Below, piece by piece: positions 39,786 through 50,961 of a stretch of DNA of 64,000 bases (its first letter is position 1; every line of letters begins with the position of its first letter). Location: contig CAVRJG010000039.1 of assembly GCA_963721455.1 (NCBI GenBank), forward strand, positions 128,001 to 192,000. The letters run 5' to 3'. The stretch comes from an uncultured Methanosarcinaceae archaeon (GTDB lineage Archaea; Halobacteriota; Methanosarcinia; Methanosarcinales; Methanosarcinaceae). The notes under the pieces are model-generated. The model did no database searches. It was given only the letters and a program-made list of their open reading frames with translations, and was not told the origin of the DNA. Position numbers and translations under genes: made by a program.

Positions 39786-42636
39786 TTACCATTTAAAGAA
39801 TCTGGCTGCCCAGCTTACATTTCTTCTCAGTAGAAATTTCCTTAACTCGTCGATTCCAAGCAAAAAAATTGCAAACGGAACGGCAAACAGCAGATATCTC
39901 AGGTCAAGGGGAGCAGTGTTGAAAATCAGATTTGCAAACGGATTCCAGATAAAAATGGCAAGAATCAGGAGTTCACTTGCAATCCCTACCAGAACCAGAT
40001 GGTTGCTGAATAAGCCCATTGAGAAGACCGACTGGCACCGGGTCCGGGAAGCAAAAACATTAGCTATCTGGCATATAATCACCGCTGAAAAAAAAGCAGT
40101 TATTGACTGCATATAAAGGGGATTGTTGTTTGCAAGCTGCTCGCCAAAACTCCAGCCTCCTTCAAGGAGTACGGCAAAATAACAGACGAAGCCTGCAACA
40201 GCTTCTACAGGCCCTTTTACTCCATAAGCCGTAAAAAGCACCTGAGGAGTTAACAACTTTTCATCCCTGCGTCTGGGAGGCCTTTTCATAATATCTCCTT
40301 CGCCTTTTTCCACCCCAAGAGCAATGGCAGGTATCATATCCGTACCCAGATCAATTGCCAGGATAAGCTGCACAGGCATGGGAAGGGGCAGGGCAAAGAT
40401 GACGAAGGCTATAAAAGGCAAAATTTCAGGGATATTGCTGGCAAGGATGTACACAATGAACTTTTTTATATTATCAAAAACGGTCCTTCCCTCTTCTACA
40501 GCACTCACAATCGTGGCAAAATTGTCGTCCAGGAGCACCATATCAGCAGCTTCGCGAGCTACATCCGTGCCGCTGCCCATCGCAACTCCCATATCCGCGT
40601 TCTTGATTGCAGGAGCGTCATTGACCCCGTCTCCTGTCATGGTCACGATCTCCCCTTCAGCCTGGAAAAGCTGTACGATTTTCAGTTTTTGTACAGGAGA
40701 TGTACGGGCAAAGACGATACTTGGATTTTTCAATCTTGAAGCAAGATCTGTGCGTGAGAGTAATTTCAGCTCGTCTCCGGTAATAATTTCAAGGCTTCCG
40801 GAGTTAGCAAGTCCCACGTTCTTCGCAATTGACTCTGCGGTAACCGGGTGATCACCTGTGATCATGACAACCTTAATCCCGGCTGCATGGCATTTAGCAA
40901 TAGCTTCTCTGGCTTCAGGGCGCGGAGGGTCCACAATCCCGATAAATCCAAGGAAAACAAAATCCCCGGTATATTCTTTCTGCTCTTCTGCTTGCCTGTA
41001 CGCAAGTGCAATTATCCGTTCTCCTTTTTCTGCTAATTTCAGATGCCGGTCAAGAAGCTCTTTTTGTTCAGTCTCGTCCAGTTTCCTGACTTTTCCGGAA
41101 TCCATAACTGCCCCGCACATCTCCACAACCACTTCGGGAGCACCTTTAAGATACACTTCAAGTTTACCTTCAGGAGTGCGGCAGACAACTTCCATTCTTC
41201 TGGTCAGGGAATCAAAAGGGAACTCTTCCAGCCTCGGATACTCCCCCTTGAGCTTTATTATATCTTCCAGGCTGTTCGCAAAAACGAGAAGTGCTCCTTC
41301 GGTCGGATCGCCGGTATATCCGGGAGGCAATTCACGGAGCTTTGCATTGTTACAGAGCCCTGCGACCCTTATGAAAATCGAGGGAATTTTTTTCGGGTTC
41401 CACCCTGGATTTTGTGTAACAGAACACCTGTCGGTTCCTGAATTCGCAACGTTTCCGGCAATAACTTTGTTTGCACTTTCTTCGGTCTCCTGTCCTGCAG
41501 CCCTTTTTTCTGAGCCTGAAGGCGTTTCTGATTCGAGATTTTCAAAACCGACAATGAGAGAATTCACTGACATTCTGTTCTGGGTAAGAGTTCCGGTCTT
41601 GTCCGTACAGATAACCGTCGTCGAGCCCAGGGTTTCTACTGATTCAAGCTGTTTTATAAGGGCATTCCGCGAAGCCATTCTTCTGGAGGCAAGGCTCAGG
41701 GAAAGGGTAACTGTGGGTAAAAGCCCCTCGGGCACATTGGCAACAATAATTCCTATGGCAAAGATAAGGCTTGCAAGAAATACATCCTGAAGGAGAAACG
41801 CAAGAATGAAAAAAGTAACTCCCAGAAAAATTGCAATTGCAGATATTACCTTTATGAAATGGTTGAGTTCTTTCCGGATAGGGGTGTCCACGTTCGAAAT
41901 CTGTTCGGTGAGTGTTGCAAGGTTTCCAATCTGGGTATTCTGCCCTGTTCCGAAGACAACGGCCTTTCCATTCCCGCTCTGTACCAGCGTCCCTGAAAAA
42001 ACCACGTTCCTGCACTCAAGTAGATTCGCATGAGTGCATTCAAGAGAGCGCAGCTGAGGCTCTGCTTCTCCGGTGATTGCCGAGTGATCCACTTTCAGAG
42101 AATTGGTTTCAATTAAGACGCCCGTCCGCGGGAACCTTATCTCCTTCTTCAAGAAGGATGAGATCTCCTGCAACAAGTTCCGAAGCCAGAACGTCCCTGA
42201 CTTTCCCTTCCCTCAAAACCTTTGCACGGGGCGGAAGAAGTTGCCGAAAACTTTCCATTGTTTTTGCAGCCTGGTACTCCTGGATGAATGTGAAAGTCCC
42301 GTTAAGGACTACGACCGCGCCAATTGCAATCCCTATATAAACATTCCCTTTGCCCGGATCAAGGTATTCTCCAAGGAAAGATAGAATCGCTCCTACAGTC
42401 AGCAGGATAGAGAAAAAATTCCGAAACTGCCGGATATACTTCTTTAATATACTCTCCTTTCCGATCTCTTCGAGAACATTGGGTCCGCATTCCTGAAGCC
42501 TCCTTGCAGCTTCTTGCTCGCCAATTCCGCTCTCGTCAACTCCTAATCTTTGAAGAAACTCGGAAAGAGGAACACTATGTTCATCCCCTTGCGGAGAACA
42601 TATCTTGCTTTTGCTACCAGTCAGTTTCGTCCCCAT
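39786..42636 (-). pseudogene. P-type (type II) cation-transporting ATPase, frameshifted near 42113
   Basis: VPADGRL / IETNSLKVD..TGE split by one extra base; DKTGTLT, KGAPE and GDGVND intact. Confidence 0.85.
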
Positions 42637-43128
42637 CGAATCCCCTATGATTCAATGTAACACAAGAATAAGAAACTTAACTTAAGCTTTGAATGTAGTC
42701 TCAAAATCAGAGAGAAGAGAGCGAATTAAATTTGATGTGCATCATCAGGAGAGGGCAAAGAGAGAGAACAATCAGGTCAAAATTTATGACCGCGTTTATT
42801 AAAAATGCGGCAAAAAAAAATTCCCGACAAATAGCTTTTATAAGTTGTTAACTATAAAAAATCCGCATTCTAATGCAATCTTAAGGAGCTTGAGAATTGT
42901 TTTTACTACCACTGCTCTCATCCCTGCTTAGCGAGGTGAAAACAGAGATGCGGAAGGTATTGTCGAGTTCCTATACACGACCTATAATTTTTTAACCATG
43001 TTTCGAAACTCTGGATATTCTAGTCCGGGGTGTGAAACATTTTGGATTGAAAAGGTCTATATAATATTGTCAAGTAGACAATAAAATCGTAATAAAAATA
43101 AATATAGATCGATAATATTAAAAAAGGT

Positions 43129-44154
43129 ATGACTATGAGCGAATTTACATTCAAAACAAGACTTTTAGCTGCCCTTGAAGGCAAGCCCGTTGACAAAATA
43201 CCTGTTTGTTCCGTGACCCAGACTGGAATTGTAGAACTCATGGACGAAGTAGGAGCCCCCTGGCCCGAAGCCCACACAAACCCGGAACTCATGGCAAAGC
43301 TGGCAATCGCCAACCATGAACTCAGCGGACTCGAAGCTGTAAGGATCCCCTACTGCCTTACTGTTCTTGTTGAAGCAATGGGCTGTGAGATCAACATGGG
43401 TACCAAGAACAGGCAGCCATCTGTCACTGCTCACCCTTACCCCAAAGACCTCGAAGGCGCAGCCATCCCCGCAGACCTCCTGCAGAGAGGCAGAATTCCA
43501 GCCGTACTCGAAGCTATTAAGATCATCAGGGAAAAAGTAGGCCCTGACGTGCCAATTATCGGTGGTATGGAAGGCCCGATTACAGTTGCTTCCGACCTGA
43601 TAAGTGTAAAATCCTTCATGAAATGGTCCATTAAAAAAACTGACCTCTTTGAACAGGCTCTGGATCTCGCCACAGAAGCTGCAATCATTTACGCAAACGC
43701 AATGGTTGAAGCCGGTGCAGATATCATCTCCGTTGCAGACCCTGTCGCTTCCCCTGACCTCATGAGCCCTGACTCCTTCAAGCAGTTCCTCCAGGCAAGG
43801 CTGCAGAAGTTCTCCTCCAGCGTGGACTCCGTAACTATCCTCCATATCTGTGGAAACGTGAACTCTATCCTCAGCTACATGGCAGACTGCGGTTTTGAAG
43901 GTCTCAGTGTCGAAGAAAAGATCGGCAGCCCGAAGAAGGCAAAGGAAGTCATCGGAGACAGAGCAAGATTCGTAGGAAACGTCTCCAGTCCGTTTACCCT
44001 GCTGCCTGGCCCTATTGACAAGATAAAAGCTGAAGCAAAGCTGGCCCTTGAAGAAGGCGTCGATGTGCTTGCACCTGGCTGTGGGATTGCACCCATGACC
44101 CCCCTCGAAAACATCAAAGCCATGGTCGCAGCAAGAGACGAGTTCTACGCCTGA
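43129..44154 (+). CDS. mtaA: Methylcobamide:CoM methyltransferase
   Basis: PVCSVTQTGIV, PYCLTV, LHICG, APGCG; lies in the mta cluster. Confidence 0.93.
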   Translation: MTMSEFTFKTRLLAALEGKPVDKIPVCSVTQTGIVELMDEVGAPWPEAHTNPELMAKLAIANHELSGLEAVRIPYCLTVLVEAMGCEINMGTKNRQPSVTAHPYPKDLEGAAIPADLLQRGRIPAVLEAIKIIREKVGPDVPIIGGMEGPITVASDLISVKSFMKWSIKKTDLFEQALDLATEAAIIYANAMVEAGADIISVADPVASPDLMSPDSFKQFLQARLQKFSSSVDSVTILHICGNVNSILSYMADCGFEGLSVEEKIGSPKKAKEVIGDRARFVGNVSSPFTLLPGPIDKIKAEAKLALEEGVDVLAPGCGIAPMTPLENIKAMVAARDEFYA

Positions 44155-44193
44155 GAAGGCACGAAATTTTCTTTATTTTTTTACGGGCACATT

Positions 44194-44222
44194 CCGGAAC
44201 TCTAAATCTTTAGAGCTTCCGG
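44194..44222 (+). terminator. Hairpin and T-tracts after mtaA
   Basis: CCGGAA CTCTAAA TC TTTAGAG C TTCCGG flanked by poly-T. Confidence 0.5.
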
Positions 44223-44449
44223 AGATCCTCCCGTTTCGCATTTTTTTAATTTTACCAGGAGGAGCGAGCACTCCAGAGCGAGGCCCTGACAGGCTGTAAG
44301 CTGAGGAGGATCAGTCCTGACAAATGATTCAGTACAAATAGCTAAGATAGCTTATTCAGCATAATACTTATTGAAATTTATTAAATTAAAGAAATATCTG
44401 AAACGTACTGGTTGAATAAATCTTAAACTTTTTTGGAGGAGGTTAAGAT

Positions 44450-46069
44450 ATGAGAATAGGAGTCGCAATTGACCTGGGAACCAGCGGTTTTAGGGCCCAG
44501 AAAATTGACCTGGAAACCGGTGATATTAAGAAAACCGTCATAACACTGCGAAACCCCCTGCCTGGAGCAAACGTAATGGACCACCTTGACTTTGCAATCC
44601 ATTACGGGCTTGACAAGGCCCACGGGCTCTCGGCAACAGCGGTAAAAAATATCCTCACTGAACTGGGAGTAAACCCCGCTGAAATGGAAAAATTTTCAAT
44701 CTGCGGGAACCCTATCCAGCTTTCTATTTTTCAGGGAATCCCAATCGAAGACCTGGCATATGCCGGAGAGCGTAAAAAACAAAAATATCACATTGAGGAG
44801 CAGAACAGGGATGCCCGTATAATATCTATGGCCGGGATTGAGGGGTTCGAAGAAGCCAGCAACTGTAAACTGTTTGTGCCTCCTTCAATCAAGCACGAAG
44901 TCGGAGCCGATGCGCTTGCCCTTATTGTAAAAGCAGGGATGATCGAAAGTAATGAAATTGCGATTGCAACGGACTACGGCACAAATGCCGAAATGGCTCT
45001 CAAAGCAAACGGCATTATATATACCGGCTCGGCTGCCGCCGGCCCTGCTCTCGAAGGGCAGGAAATCGAATACGGGTCAATTGCTTCTCCTCACACAATC
45101 TGTGACGTGGAATTTGAGGGAGAAAACCTGCGCTGCTACGTACTCGACAGGGACATGAAGACCACCATGGGAGACCTTGTAAATCCTAAAACCGGAGAAG
45201 TGGTGGAAAAGGGAGAACTCACCGCAAAAGGCATCACAGGCACTGGAGTTATCGCCCTCATAGAAGCAGGCATGAGAAATAAACTGATTGTGCTGCCAAA
45301 GATTCAGACTTCGGAAGGCATTATCCACCTCCAGGACGGGATAAAGTTTACGAATAAAGACCTTATCGCAGCCGGAAGAGCTATAGGAGCGATCAGAGCC
45401 GGACATATTACTCTCTGTGCAGCCGCAGGCATAGAGATGGAAGACCTCAGGGTCGCTCACATGTCAGGAGCCGCAGGCACTTATATGGATGCTGCAAAAG
45501 CTCACCAGGTAGGGATGATTCCATATAGCGCAAGTTACGTCTCCCAGATAGGAAATACTTCCCTGATCGTTGCCCGGGAAATCCTGCTGTCCGAAGACAG
45601 GCTCTGGGAACTGCAGGCAATTGCAAAGGAAATACTGGGTACCCATGTAATGTTTGCAACCTCCGAGGCTTTTAAGGAAGCCTATTTGCTGGAACTTGCT
45701 TACTGGAATGAGGGAATGGCTTTCAAGATGCTCCAGAAGTTCCTGAAAAAGAAAAAACTCCCCATGATCGGCGAGCCTTCCCCTATTCTGAAAATTGACC
45801 GCCGGGTTGAAAGGGATATTCCTGAACTCGGAGAAGAAGGGCTTGAAGTGCTTGAGAGGGTCGGGACTTACCTTACAATGGTTATTGAAGACTGTGAAGG
45901 CTGCCATAAATGTGTAAAGGTTTGCCCGAACGGAGCCCTGAGAGTGGAAGAAAACGGGACCGTGAAAATAAGGACCGATCTATGTGACGGAGCAAACTGC
46001 CAGCGCTGCCTGCACGCCTGCCCTGATGACAGGTTTAAATGGGAAAACCTGAAAGTGGCAGGGAAATAA
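44450..46069 (+). CDS. ramM: Corrinoid protein reductive activase (RamA/RamM, ASKHA domain plus C-terminal ferredoxin)
   Basis: DLGTSG, NPLPGANVMDHL, DYGTNAE, GPALEG; two C-terminal Fe-S Cys motifs; directly after mtaA. Confidence 0.85.
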   Translation: MRIGVAIDLGTSGFRAQKIDLETGDIKKTVITLRNPLPGANVMDHLDFAIHYGLDKAHGLSATAVKNILTELGVNPAEMEKFSICGNPIQLSIFQGIPIEDLAYAGERKKQKYHIEEQNRDARIISMAGIEGFEEASNCKLFVPPSIKHEVGADALALIVKAGMIESNEIAIATDYGTNAEMALKANGIIYTGSAAAGPALEGQEIEYGSIASPHTICDVEFEGENLRCYVLDRDMKTTMGDLVNPKTGEVVEKGELTAKGITGTGVIALIEAGMRNKLIVLPKIQTSEGIIHLQDGIKFTNKDLIAAGRAIGAIRAGHITLCAAAGIEMEDLRVAHMSGAAGTYMDAAKAHQVGMIPYSASYVSQIGNTSLIVAREILLSEDRLWELQAIAKEILGTHVMFATSEAFKEAYLLELAYWNEGMAFKMLQKFLKKKKLPMIGEPSPILKIDRRVERDIPELGEEGLEVLERVGTYLTMVIEDCEGCHKCVKVCPNGALRVEENGTVKIRTDLCDGANCQRCLHACPDDRFKWENLKVAGK

Positions 46070-46153
46070 AAAGGTAAGGAAAGCTTATTGAAACTGAAAA
46101 ACGAATAAAAGGAAAGAGCAATAAGCAAAATGGCATGAGATGGAGGAGAAAAC

Positions 46154-47311
46154 GTGCAGGTCATTGTGGTGGGGGGCTTCCTGGGAAGTGGGAAGACCAC
46201 CACTATCATTAACATGGGCAAATACCTGGCAGAAAAAGGGAAAAAAGTTGCCATTATAGTGAACGAGATCGGGGAAGTAGGGATCGACGGAGACGTGATC
46301 AAGAGGTTCGGATTCGACACCAAAGAAATCACAAGCGGATGCATCTGCTGCTCCCTGAAAGTCGGGTTAAGAACGACAGTAACCCTTCTTGCAAAAGAAT
46401 ACAACCCCGATATCCTCATGATCGAACCCACAGGAATTGCCTTTCCCCACTTGATAAGGAACGAAGTCGAGCTCATGAACCTTGGAGAGCAGGTAAAAAT
46501 AGCTCCCCTTGTGACCCTGATTGACGGCAGCCGTTTCAAGCACCTGATGAAAGAGGTAAAAGAATTTGCTATGCGGCAGATCATAGATGCGGAAATCCTG
46601 GGGATAAACAAGGTAGACCTGATCGAACCTATCCGGCTTCCCATTCTTGAAGCATCTGTTCAGCAACTTAATCCGAAAGCTAGAGTAGTCCTTCTTTCAG
46701 GGAAGGACACGGGAGAAAGATTCGAAAAGTTCATGCGAATGGTGCTCCCGGAAATGGAAGAAACTTCTGAAAAAGCCCCGGAAGTTGCAATCGTAGAAAA
46801 ACCTGAACTCTCTGCTCCGCGGGAAACCGAAAGTTCAATCGAAGCCTCGGGAGTGGGCAGTTATTCTGCAGAATTTGCGGTTGAAAACGAAAACCTGAGC
46901 ACTGATGCTGCCAGGGAATTAACAACCGAATTAATTAACACAATAAAAGCGAAGGTGCTGAAGCTAAACCCTGAATTCGTAGGGCATATCAAGCTTTTCC
47001 TGGACAATGGGTCAGAAACCGTGAAACAGAGCGTTACTATATATTATGAAGAACCCCAGGAAGATATAATCAAATCGGAGGAAGGAGCTGTCCCGAAACT
47101 CAAGATCCTTTCAGCCGTCTCAAACGTTGAGAAGGGAGCAGTTAAAGATGCCGTAAACCGTTCGGTACAGGAAGTCTTTGAGAGAAAGAAAATAGAAGTA
47201 AATAAAACCGAACCGGGTCATGACCACGAACATGGGCATCACGAACATAACGGGCATAAGGATCAAGTGCACGTACAAAGGGTTTCGAATATTAAAGGCA
47301 GGAAAGATTAA
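46154..47311 (+). CDS. CobW/G3E-family P-loop GTPase with a His-rich tail
   Basis: GGFLGSGKTT, NEIG, GCICC, IEPTG, NKVD, HDHEHGHHEH. Confidence 0.88.
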   Translation: MQVIVVGGFLGSGKTTTIINMGKYLAEKGKKVAIIVNEIGEVGIDGDVIKRFGFDTKEITSGCICCSLKVGLRTTVTLLAKEYNPDILMIEPTGIAFPHLIRNEVELMNLGEQVKIAPLVTLIDGSRFKHLMKEVKEFAMRQIIDAEILGINKVDLIEPIRLPILEASVQQLNPKARVVLLSGKDTGERFEKFMRMVLPEMEETSEKAPEVAIVEKPELSAPRETESSIEASGVGSYSAEFAVENENLSTDAARELTTELINTIKAKVLKLNPEFVGHIKLFLDNGSETVKQSVTIYYEEPQEDIIKSEEGAVPKLKILSAVSNVEKGAVKDAVNRSVQEVFERKKIEVNKTEPGHDHEHGHHEHNGHKDQVHVQRVSNIKGRKD

Positions 47312-47361
47312 GACTAAGAAATAGAGGTGAGTAAAATGGAATGTTTTCCTCACCAGCTTTT

Positions 47362-47511
47362 TTAATTGATCTTCGTGGAGCGGTCTATATAATACTGAGC
47401 CAGTTCATTGCCCCATTCCAGGGCAACTGGAGTAAAACTCGTGAACTTCCTGTGATCGAATTCCCCGTCTTTTTCGAAGAGTTTCAGTAGCATTAAAGTT
47501 TCCGCAACCAT
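47362..47511 (-). pseudogene. 3' remnant of an Msr-type regulator
   Basis: VAETLMLLKLFEKDGEFDHRKFTSFTPVALEWGNELAQYYIDRSTKIN* aligns to the C-termini of the three intact Msr paralogues. Confidence 0.75.
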
Positions 47512-47802
47512 TGCTGGAAACTTAATAATGAAAACATCAACCTTGTACTGATAGAAGACCGGAAATTTTGGTAATCAATCAAAGCCCACCATCAAAAATG
47601 TATTTTTGTTATCCACACCCGTAAACGGTTTTATTCCTCTATGACACCCTTCAATTTCACAGGCTTTTTTGAAACTGGGGCTGTAGCCTCTATTGTAGTT
47701 GCAATCGATTTGATACGACACTAGTTGCTGGGTTTACTTTTTTTCTTCGAGTTGATTCACCAAGATCATCAATCTTAGGCTTACTGCCACCGCTAGCTGC
47801 TT

Positions 47803-48123
47803 TTATGCTGCTTCGAAGCCTAAGGTGAAGCCTCGCGCGAAGCCCTGGTTATAGCATATCTCGCAGGAAAGTTGACCAAGTTCCTGAATAGCTTTGTTCT
47901 TTATTTGACTTGGTTCTGAGTCTGGTTGGGAGTTTGATTTTTGTCCAGATTCTCTGTATTCTTTGCCAGCTATGTAGCCTGCCGCCTTGCCTGCCTTGAG
48001 GCCTTTTGCGTAATCATCTTCGTTTGAAGCGGCTGCTGTCGCAGCTATCACTGACACTAAAAAACAAACTGCCAGCAAAATAGCCAGTTGCTTCCTTATC
48101 TTTGAAAATGTTTGCCCTCCCAT
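47803..48123 (-). CDS. Secreted hypothetical protein with the island-type signal peptide
   Basis: MGGQTFSKIRKQLAILLAVCFLVSVIAATAAA; YxxG repeats; RBS GGAGGTG. Confidence 0.7.
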   Translation of the reverse strand: MGGQTFSKIRKQLAILLAVCFLVSVIAATAAASNEDDYAKGLKAGKAAGYIAGKEYRESGQKSNSQPDSEPSQIKNKAIQELGQLSCEICYNQGFARGFTLGFEAA

Positions 48124-48319
48124 AAATCTACACCTCCCAATTTTGTCAGTTTAATGCGCTTTTATACAGTTGATTTTTTCATCAGCTTGACTGCGAATAT
48201 AATCGGTCTTGTATAAGGTACCCATAATTATTTTAGACTTCATCCCCTACTACAATTACTTATAGTATTCTTATTTTATATTTCATTTTAATAAGCATTT
48301 GCTATACAATGCAAAAATT

Positions 48320-49072
48320 TCAAATAAAAGCAACATTGAGAACATGGGCCTGCCCGGAATAGCCTTTGCCCCGATAGTGAATCTTGTGGATGCCGGATGC
48401 CTGAGCTCTGAAGCCGGAGAGCTGCAGAACTTTATGAAAAACCAGATCGGAGATGCTGAAATTCTCGGCATCAACAAGGTTGACCTCGTAGATTCTGAAA
48501 AGCTTCTGGAAATCTGCCTGCTCCTGCGCAGATTAAATTCCAGAGCAAGAATAATCCATTTTTCGGCCCGGCAGGGAGGAGAGGATCTTGGCAAACTGCT
48601 CGGGTTGATGGAAGAAACCAGCAGGGGTGAAATAATCCAGGACGAAAAAAACTCAATCAAAATGTCCGGAGTTTCGGCTTATTCATCCGAATTTGAAATC
48701 GCTTCACAGGAGATCTCCATCGAAACAGCGGTCTGTGTTTCCGAGCAGATTCTGGAAAGTATAAGAAATAAGGCAGAAGAGCTGAATTCCGAATTCACAG
48801 GCCACATCAAGCTTTCTTTCAGGCATCAGGGAAATCTTGTAAAGGGAAGTGTAACTTCTGCGCATAAAATCCCTGAAATGGAAGTCCTTAAAAAAGAAGG
48901 AAAATCTCAATCCAGAGTAAAGGTACTTTCTGCGGTAACGTCCGTGCCCAGGGATGAACTTATTAAAGCTGTGGATGAGGCAATAAGCAGACGTCTGGAA
49001 GAAAGGCAGCTGTCCTTCAAAAAAGTGGAAAGAAGCCGTCCAGGCTATAGCCAGGCAACAATCGTTTCTTAA
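48320..49072 (+). pseudogene. 5'-truncated paralogue of the CobW-like GTPase
   Basis: Aligns to the 46154 protein only from APIVNLVD onward; Walker A and GCICC are missing. Confidence 0.7.
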
Positions 49073-50170
49073 GCCGGGAAACTTTGGAAGGAAGAATATT
49101 TCCGGTTAAGGACAGTCATGACCGGACGTACAAAAACTTTATATACTATAAAAATGTCATCGACCCTTGCCCGAAAGAGAAGGCTCACATAAAGTGGTAG
49201 AGTGCTCTTTCAGCCGTCCGGAAAAACCTGGCTTCGGGTGGGCAGCAGAATTCCAGACAGTTATCAGGAAGCTTGCTTAGGAAGAAATTAAAAACAGAGG
49301 CATGATAACCTTCCAGGGAAACAGTTTGACTCTATTTAAAAAAAGATGGAAAAACGGCAAAAAATCGAATTTAAATGAACTCATAAATAATTAAAAGATC
49401 TGAGTTTTGGAAGCTCTCATCCTTTTCCCATGGATAAATAGAAATTCAGGAGGTCAGGGAAAAAGCTGAAGAGGATATCCACCTCACTTGTGCGCTTTCA
49501 AAAAAGTATCTCGATCACCTTATTTTGCCTGCATCAAATATCCAGAGAAAAACAAATTCACTTGATAATCTCCAGCGCTCAAAATAAAAACCTTCACACC
49601 TTCACTCTCTGCAATCAAAAATATCCCTGAAAAGAGGATAATTGCCCTATAAATTTTGACCCCATTGTTTAAATTAAGGGGAACAAAAAAACACTTCTTT
49701 TTTATAAAATCATTTGCAGAGAAAAAAGGGAAGAGAATTATAAAATTATAGCAATGCAAAAATTAGCATCGGTGAAGGTATATGCAATTAAATATAACTG
49801 TGATCTGCAAGTGCGTTCCCGAATACCAAAGGGAATATACCTATCATAAGAAACTGGAAATAAAGGTCATTTTGAGCCAGGAAACGAAGGATAAGGATTT
49901 TCTGACTCCAATAACTCAAAATCCCCCTTAAAAGAACTTGAAAAACGATAAAATTGACCGATATTCAGCCTGTTGGCTGACCAGTACACCACCAGAAGGT
50001 TATCCAGACCCCACAATGGAAGGAATTCGATCTGGAGGTTTTCGAATTCATTGACATTGTATTCAAGAAGTGTCAGTCAAAAAAAAAGCCTGAAAACTTC
50101 AGGGAGATGCAACTTGCAGGATCAACGATCTGAGCAATCCGAGATCCTTTTACTAAATGGAGGTTAAAAT

Positions 50171-50947
50171 ATGTTGGATTTGAAATTGGAAGACATCGAT
50201 GGCATATTAGTACGCTACAACGTCGCCCTCGAAAAGGAAATGACCCCTGACGAAGCTGCAGAAGAGCTTTACCCCAAGGACGAACTCATCTACCCGATTG
50301 CAAAAGCAATCTACGAGGGAGAAGAAGATGACGTGGTTGACGCACTCCAGGCCGCAATCGATGCAGGCAAGAAGCCAATCGACCTTATAGATGATGCCCT
50401 GATGGTAGGGATGGGAGTTGTAACCCAGCTCTATGATGAAGGTATCATTTTCCTGCCGAACGTTATGATGTCCGCTGATGCTATGCTGAATGGTATCGAA
50501 TACTGCAAGAGTAAGACAACAGATGTTCCTGAATCAAAGGGGAAAGTTGTCTGCCACGTTGCAGAAGGCGACGTCCATGACATCGGAAAGAATATTGTTG
50601 CTGCCCTCCTGAGAGCAGCAGGCTACGATGTAATTGACCTTGGAAGAGATGTTCCTGTAGACGAAGTTATCCAGGCAGTTACAAAAGAGAAGCCGATACT
50701 GCTTACAGGTACTGCTCTCATGACAACCACCATGTATGCATTCAAGGAAATTAACGACAAACTCCTTGAAAAGGGAATAAAAGTTCCATTCGCATGCGGT
50801 GGCGGCGCAGTTAACCAGGACTTCGTGTCACAGTATGACCTTGGAGTCTATGGTGAAGAAGCTGCAGACGCCCCCAAGATTGCTGATGCGATCGTTGCAG
50901 GTACTACTGATATCGCAGCATTAAGAGAGGAATTCCACAAGCATTAA
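50171..50947 (+). CDS. mtaC: Methanol corrinoid protein
   Basis: EGDVHDIGKNIV B12-binding motif, GTALMTTTM. Confidence 0.95.
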   Translation: MLDLKLEDIDGILVRYNVALEKEMTPDEAAEELYPKDELIYPIAKAIYEGEEDDVVDALQAAIDAGKKPIDLIDDALMVGMGVVTQLYDEGIIFLPNVMMSADAMLNGIEYCKSKTTDVPESKGKVVCHVAEGDVHDIGKNIVAALLRAAGYDVIDLGRDVPVDEVIQAVTKEKPILLTGTALMTTTMYAFKEINDKLLEKGIKVPFACGGGAVNQDFVSQYDLGVYGEEAADAPKIADAIVAGTTDIAALREEFHKH

Positions 50948-50961
50948 TGGGAGGGAGCAAA

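Noticed and set aside
40858-46644. Long antisense ORFs (40858-41790, 43165-43845, 45868-46644)
   Set aside because: Shadows of well-supported genes on the opposite strand
49973-50167. ORF upstream of mtaC
   Set aside because: TTG start and non-protein-like composition; long 5' UTRs are already known for mtaCB operons
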